A stretch of DNA of 64,000 nucleotides from positions 13,773,980 to 13,837,979 of the forward strand of contig MU059330.1 in assembly GCA_013265495.1 (NCBI GenBank), read 5' to 3'. The notes below the pieces were generated by a model. That model searched no databases. It was not told the DNA's origin and worked only from the letters and a program-made list of their open reading frames with translations. Positions 59,401 through 64,000 of the stretch are shown in pieces. The first letter of the stretch is position 1; each line of letters opens with the position of its first letter. This DNA comes from Vicugna vicugna. Taxonomy: Eukaryota. The position numbers and the translations under genes are program-made.

Positions 59401-60543
59401 TGGCCCCGGGTGAGTAAGGCCATGTGCACGTGTGGGCCTGTGGCGGTGAGCCAGGAGAGTGCTTCAAGATCCAAAATCACATTTAAAACATTAGACCCCA
59501 GCCCCACTGATAGGAGGCAGAAATCAGTTCTGCCCTGGTGGTGTTTTGGGGACCAGGAGCCTCTGAGGAGGTGGGAGATGGGTAGGAAGGCGGGTGCTTT
59601 CCTAGCTCCAGGGTTAAGCCCCACACCAGGGGCTCAGAGTGAGGAAGGAGGGGTGGGGTGCTGGTTACCCCACCATCCGTCTCCCTCCACTGGTCACACA
59701 CTCTCTCCCTTCCCCGCAGAGTCCATCAGCAAAGAGAAGGATCTGGAGCTCAGTGACTTGGAGGACTTCGACCCCCTGGAGGGGGAGCCCTCAGAGTGCG
59801 AGCTGAAGCCACCCTTCCAGCCCCTGGATGGAGGCCTGGAGCGCATCCCCACCACACCTGATGGCCCCAGCGCCCCAGGGAAGGAGGCCTCAGGCGCCCT
59901 CCGGATGCCCCTGGCTGCCGGGGGTGGGCTCGTCCTGGACCAGGACCTGGAAAGGGTGCGGAGCTGCGTCCGGAGCTCAGCAGCTGGGCCGGAACAGCAG
60001 CCGGGCGCGGGAGGCGGCCCGCAGGCCTGCGAGGCCAAGTTGGGCTTTGCTGCGGCCGGGGCGCCGGCGGGCCTCGAAGCCAAGCCGAGAATCTGGTCCC
60101 TGGCACACACGGCCACTGCGGCCGCTGCCTCTTCTCTCGGCCAGACTGAGTTTCCCTCGTGCATGCTCAAGCGCCAAGGCCCCGCTGGCCCTGCGGCCGC
60201 CTCCTTGGAGCCCACCTCCTCCTCACCCACAGCCCCTGCCCCCTCCGGCGCNNNNNNNNNNNNNNNNNNNNNNNNNNNNNNNNNNNNNNNNNNNNNNNNN
60301 NNNNNNNNNNNNNNNNNNNNNNNNNNNNNNNNNNNNNNNNNNNNNNNNNNNNNNNNNNNNNNNNNNNNNNNNNNNNNNNNNNNNNNNNNNNTGGGCCGCT
60401 CGCTGGGGACAGGCGCGAACATGTTGACGTCATCAATGGCCCGCTCCTTCCCGCCCGCCGCACCCCACGATACCTCTGCCGCCGGTGCCGCCAAGGAGCT
60501 GCTGGCTGTGCCCAAGGCTGGCGGCAAGCCCTTCTGCGCCTGA
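56451..60543 (+). CDS. IRX4: Iroquois-class TALE homeobox protein IRX4, spliced CDS join(56451..56495,56995..57246,57963..58075,58943..59271,59720..60543), 520 aa
   Basis: The exon translations match recalled IRX4: MSYPQFGYPYSSAPQ / FLMPTNSLSTCCESGGRTLAD...SEASAFYSL / NSFDSKD...YPYDR / YGTMDS...CSDEKRPYAEGEEEE / ...KPRIWSLAHTAT...KAGGKPFCA*. All introns are GT-AG with compatible phases. Exon lengths sum to 45+252+113+329+824=1563 nt, or 521 codons including the stop. Confidence 0.98.
56995..57246 (+). CDS. IRX4: IRX4 coding exon 2 (84 codons)
   Basis: Acceptor catcttcccctcag|TTC; donor CTG|GTAAAT; translation FLMPTNSLSTCCESGG...ASAFYSL. Confidence 0.97.
57575..57780. repeat. C/T-rich low-complexity tract in IRX4 intron 2
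   Basis: Runs of ctccc/cctcc. Confidence 0.75.
57963..58075 (+). CDS. IRX4: IRX4 coding exon 3
   Basis: Acceptor ctcctacag|AAC; donor CAG|GTGAGG, phase 2; translation NSFDSKDTPGSAHAGLAPAAAAAYYPYEPALGQYPYD(R). Confidence 0.96.
58508..58575. repeat. 26-bp tandem repeat x 2.6 in IRX4 intron 3
   Basis: ctccccatgggcgttagtgaccactc / ctccccatgggcgtttgtgaccactc / ctccccacaggcgttg. Confidence 0.85.
58943..59271 (+). CDS. IRX4: IRX4 coding exon 4 (homeodomain exon; the homeodomain itself lies in the N run 58963-59174)
   Basis: Acceptor ctgtctccag|G; YGTMDS before the gap and CSDEKRPYAEGEEEEGGEEEAQEQPVKSTKSE after it are in one frame; donor AAG|GTGTGT, phase 1. Confidence 0.93.
59720..60543 (+). CDS. 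IRX4: IRX4 terminal coding exon with IRO box (KPRIWSLAHTAT, 60082-60117)
   Basis: Acceptor ctctctcccttccccgcag|AG; the frame is continuous across N run 60252-60391; TGA at 60541-60543. Confidence 0.96.
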
Positions 60544-61096
60544 CTGGCCGGGCCCCTGAGGGAGGAGGAAGCCGGCGCTCAGGCTGCAGGCTCCAGCGTG
60601 GCCGATCCCTTTTCTACCGAGTTTCCAAAGCAAGGCAAGGGCGCGGCAGAGCTCAGGCCACCAACCACCCTAGAGGGAGGATCTGAACTCAGTTTCCCAG
60701 GGTCACAAACAAGCCCCCAGCTGTCTGTGCGTCTGAGCAGGAGTCGGTTGGCTGGGCCACTTCCAAACTCGGGGACCTGGCAGGATAGGGCGGCCCTCAG
60801 AGCAGCAGGGAGACACCCTGGAGCATAAAGTCTATGTCCCAAAGTTCACGCGCAGAAGACTTGTCGTCCTGAGGCCTGTTTGTCTTGCTGTCTCTTTTGG
60901 ATTTGAGGCATGCCCCTGTTCCTTGTTCCCGTCCCTCAGCCTGCAGACCCCCGAGTTCGTCCTCAGCACACGTGATTTTCCCCAGCAGCACTCCCACCGA
61001 GTTCACACTACTGCACACTCTTAACGCGATAAAACTGTTTTTTAATGTATGTTCACACCAGTCATTGCCTGCTTCAGAGGCTAATATAACAAAACC

Positions 61097-61102
61097 AATA
61101 AA
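61097..61102 (+). terminator. IRX4: IRX4 polyadenylation signal AATAAA (3' UTR about 60544-61125)
   Basis: First canonical AATAAA after the stop, in an AT-rich patch and followed by GT-rich gagtgatggtgtttg. Confidence 0.75.
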
Positions 61103-63824
61103 ACCGAGTGATGGTGTTTGCATTGCAAAGTGAATGCATTTGAAACCCAGTGATTTGGGAACTTGGAAGAGGAAAGGTGCTGGTCCCCAAGGGAAGGAGT
61201 GGGGGGCCGTCACCCCAGATCCTCACTCGAGTCGCCTACAGGGCAAAGCCCGTGTTCACGGGAACAGTCACGGTGAACTTTCAGGGTTCTGCTGAGCCCC
61301 TGACAGGAGCAGAGGGGAGACCCCGAACTTTTCAGCTCCCCCCATGGCCAGGCTCCAGGACTTCGAGAAAGCAGAAGTCTCTTCAGTTAAACTGGAATAA
61401 CTTTTAAACGTCTAAATCCCCCGGGACTGTGCCCTGTCGGGGCGGGGAGCCTGCCGCAGACGCCGCTCGGCCCCTGCTTCGTGGGAGTGAGGCTCGTTCG
61501 CCGCCCTCCTGGCCTCCTAACCACCCCCTCCCTCCGGGGACCTGCTGCTTCGCTGTGAGCCTCCACCTTTCCAAAAGCCTGCGCCTGCGGCTCCTGGAGA
61601 AGGAAGCCCTCAGCGGGGAGGGAGGCGGGGCTGGAAGGAATGGCCGGGGGCGGGGCAGGAGGGTGTGAGCCCAGGTCCTGCAGACCCCTGGCTTCTCTCA
61701 CACCCTCCCCAGCAGAGCCCAGTTCGCTGGCGGCCAGCAGCTAGGGTCTGGAAGGAAATCACTGGCTTCCTCCCCACAGGGGACGCTGCGCCTCCCTCCC
61801 TCCCGCTCCGCCCCACTCCTCCCTTGCTTCCCCTCCGCCCCATCCCCCACCAGGTGCCTGGTCCCCAGGGGGCTGGTGAGCTTGCCCTGGACTCAGGGCT
61901 CACCCCTCGCCTGCAAGCCCTCTGCTTAAGGCCCTGCTGGGCTTCGTAGAAGTCCCGGGAGCTTGCAGGGCCGCAGCGGCCTGGAGGTCCAGGAACTCGG
62001 AGGTGGTGGTCCTTGGCCAGTAGGCAGGCAGACCGACAGCCGCAGAGGCGCCAGCTGCGGGTGGGCCGGTGGGCACCCGTCAGGGGACAGCCCAGGCTTG
62101 AGCTTTCTTCTGCGAGGGGGTGGGTGGCACCGGGCGGGGCCTGTGGGGTCCCGGGCCCCTGGAAGAGACCAGGGCAGGCCGGGAGTGCTGGGAAGTGGGC
62201 CTGACGGGCCAGGCGTTGGGAGAGTTTACCACCCTAGAGAGCGAAATGGCATGCGACACTCCCAGCGGTGGGGCCCTGCCGGCGGACCCGGGCAGACCCG
62301 GCTCTGAGTGGTGGGGCCTGGAACCCCAGGCCTGGAGCGCCAGGCGCAGCCGCGGACCCTGCGCCCCGCCGGCCGCGCAGTAATTGGATTGTATCCGCCC
62401 GGCGCTGTCACCGTATTGACTTTCGCTCTCTTGGATGATATTATCGAGATTCGGGAGCTCGACANNNNNNNNNNNNNNNNNNNNNNNNNNNNNNNNNNNN
62501 NNNNNNNNNNNNNNNNNNNNNNNNNNNNNNNNNNNNNNNNNNNNNNNNNNNNNNNNNNNNNNNNNNNNNNNNNNNNNNNNNNNNNNNNNNNNNNNNCCCG
62601 CTGGTAGGGGGAGGCTTTGCAGAAAGCCCGCGTCTTAGACTGAAAAGGGCAAAAGAACGCGAATTAGTTGTAATAGATAAAAGGGCAAAAATAAAGAGTC
62701 AAGGGGACTTGACAGTAATAGCGGAAGTGGAGTCTCGGGGGAGACGCTGCTGCGAGGCTGGGGCGCCAGGAATTTTAATGCGCCGAGGGCAGCCGCCAAG
62801 CGCACCCCCACCCAGCCCCAGACAAAGCCAGGCATTTTCAGCAAAAGCAAGGCTTCTCTGATGCAGGGGGCTTGACGAAGCCCACGAGGGGCTGTGGAGA
62901 TGAAAACTCCAGGCTTGGGCCTCCGCGGGGCCCCAGGCTGTGGGCCGAGGGTGGCCAGGCTCGCGCTGCGGACCCGGTTGGATCTGACTTCAGATCCTTC
63001 CAGAGCAGGCCCTTCCCGGAGCCAGCCCCCAGCCCAGAGGGCTCCCGCTGCCAGAGCCTGTTGCCCTGGGGACCTCAGGCTCCAGCCATCGCTGCGGCAT
63101 GGTGGCCCCGCCCGTCCCTGCAGACCGGGCTGTCAGAATCCCAATTTGCCGAAGCCTCCAGATCTTGGTGGAACTGGCCGACTGAAAGGGTTTATTTGAT
63201 TAAACTGAAAAATGATGTAAAATGAAGACGTCAAGTGGGGAGGGAGGATTCAGCCAAATCCCAGGGGCGAATCGCCCCAGAGGACGCCTCCAAAGGTGGG
63301 GCTGTCACTTGGACCCAGCTCCTTACCTTGGGGACACCCTCTGGAAGGGTCCTGGAGAAACTTTCACCCACCCTCTGGCCGATCCTCACGCGGCAGGGAT
63401 GAGGGGACCGCAGCGTGAATTTTAGGAGTGGCGGCTGCGGGCAAAGGTCGCTGTCCGTGCAGCGGGGCCCCACTTCCCTCCCGGGGAGGCTGTCAGAGAG
63501 GAGCGCTGGGGACCGAGGCTCTCAGCCGGTCAGGCGTGGCAAATTCAAACACACCAAGGAGGGGATGCTAAATTAACGGCGCTCTTTACATAGGGCCCAA
63601 ATAAAACTGTAATCAGCGGCGCGTTACTTTTCATTAAGCGAGTCTGACAGCGGCGTATCCAGACCCGACAGGGAACAGGCGCGGGAAATATACGGCTCTC
63701 CCGCCGGCGGCTCAGATAATTCCTTAAGCACCATTAACAGCTCTTAGCCGCGGGAAATGGGCTCCCGGAAACCGTCTCCGAATCTAAAAGCTTTATCGAC
63801 CCTCCAACTGCCGCTGATGGCTCC

Positions 63825-63882
63825 ATTTTTTTTCTTTCTTCTTTCTCTTTCTTTTTTTCCCTTTTTTCCTTTTTTTTCTTTT
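63825..63882. repeat. T/C-rich low-complexity tract
   Basis: ttttttttctttcttctttctctttctttttttccctttt... Confidence 0.8.
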
Positions 63883-64000
63883 TAACCGAAGGGAGCGACG
63901 TCCAGCAAGGTAATGGAGTTTGACACGACACTTTCTTAACTAGAGAGAGAGGCAGGGAAGCCAGCCCTTAAATGATATTTAAAAGGCAACCAATTAAGAT

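Larger units (their letters stand above)
9619..62596. other. Seven N runs: 9619-10009 (391 nt), 52069-52240 (172), 53799-53831 (33), 54700-54876 (177), 58963-59174 (212), 60252-60391 (140), 62465-62596 (132)
   Basis: Counted directly from the sequence. Confidence 0.97.

Noticed and set aside
59694-60527. 277-aa antisense ORF over the last IRX4 exon (and similar antisense ORFs over exons 1-2)
   Set aside because: A shadow ORF caused by GC3-rich codon usage and extended by Ns; there is no independent start, promoter or homology evidence

Overview
High-GC mammalian genomic DNA, most likely from a camelid, judged from four copies of a tRNA-derived vic-1-like SINE. The only protein-coding gene I can support is the Iroquois homeobox gene IRX4 on the + strand. 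It has five coding exons (56451-56495, 56995-57246, 57963-58075, 58943-59271, 59720-60543), a 1563-nt CDS encoding 520 aa, and a poly(A) signal at 61097. Its homeodomain and one C-terminal segment fall inside N runs whose lengths keep the reading frame. Bases 1 to about 52000 are a gene desert, expected from human synteny to face IRX2. This stretch holds CpG islands, AT-rich homeobox-motif islands that look like conserved enhancers, and old or lineage-specific repeats (L1, MLT1, MER33, MIR, L2, SINEs). I found no prokaryotic-type system and no second recognisable gene. The best leads are regulatory and need transcript data: (1) a two-promoter layout in which only the proximal transcript carries an out-of-frame overlapping upstream ORF; (2) an in-frame alternative donor that would add 46 aa after the homeodomain; (3) antisense splice signals upstream of the ATG exon; (4) an unannotated CCAAT/TATA/donor cassette near 15 kb; (5) a hairpin-versus-G4 element near 34 kb; (6) strong AT-to-GC drift in old repeats. 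Repeat families and comparisons with human IRX4 come from recalled sequences, not from database searches.
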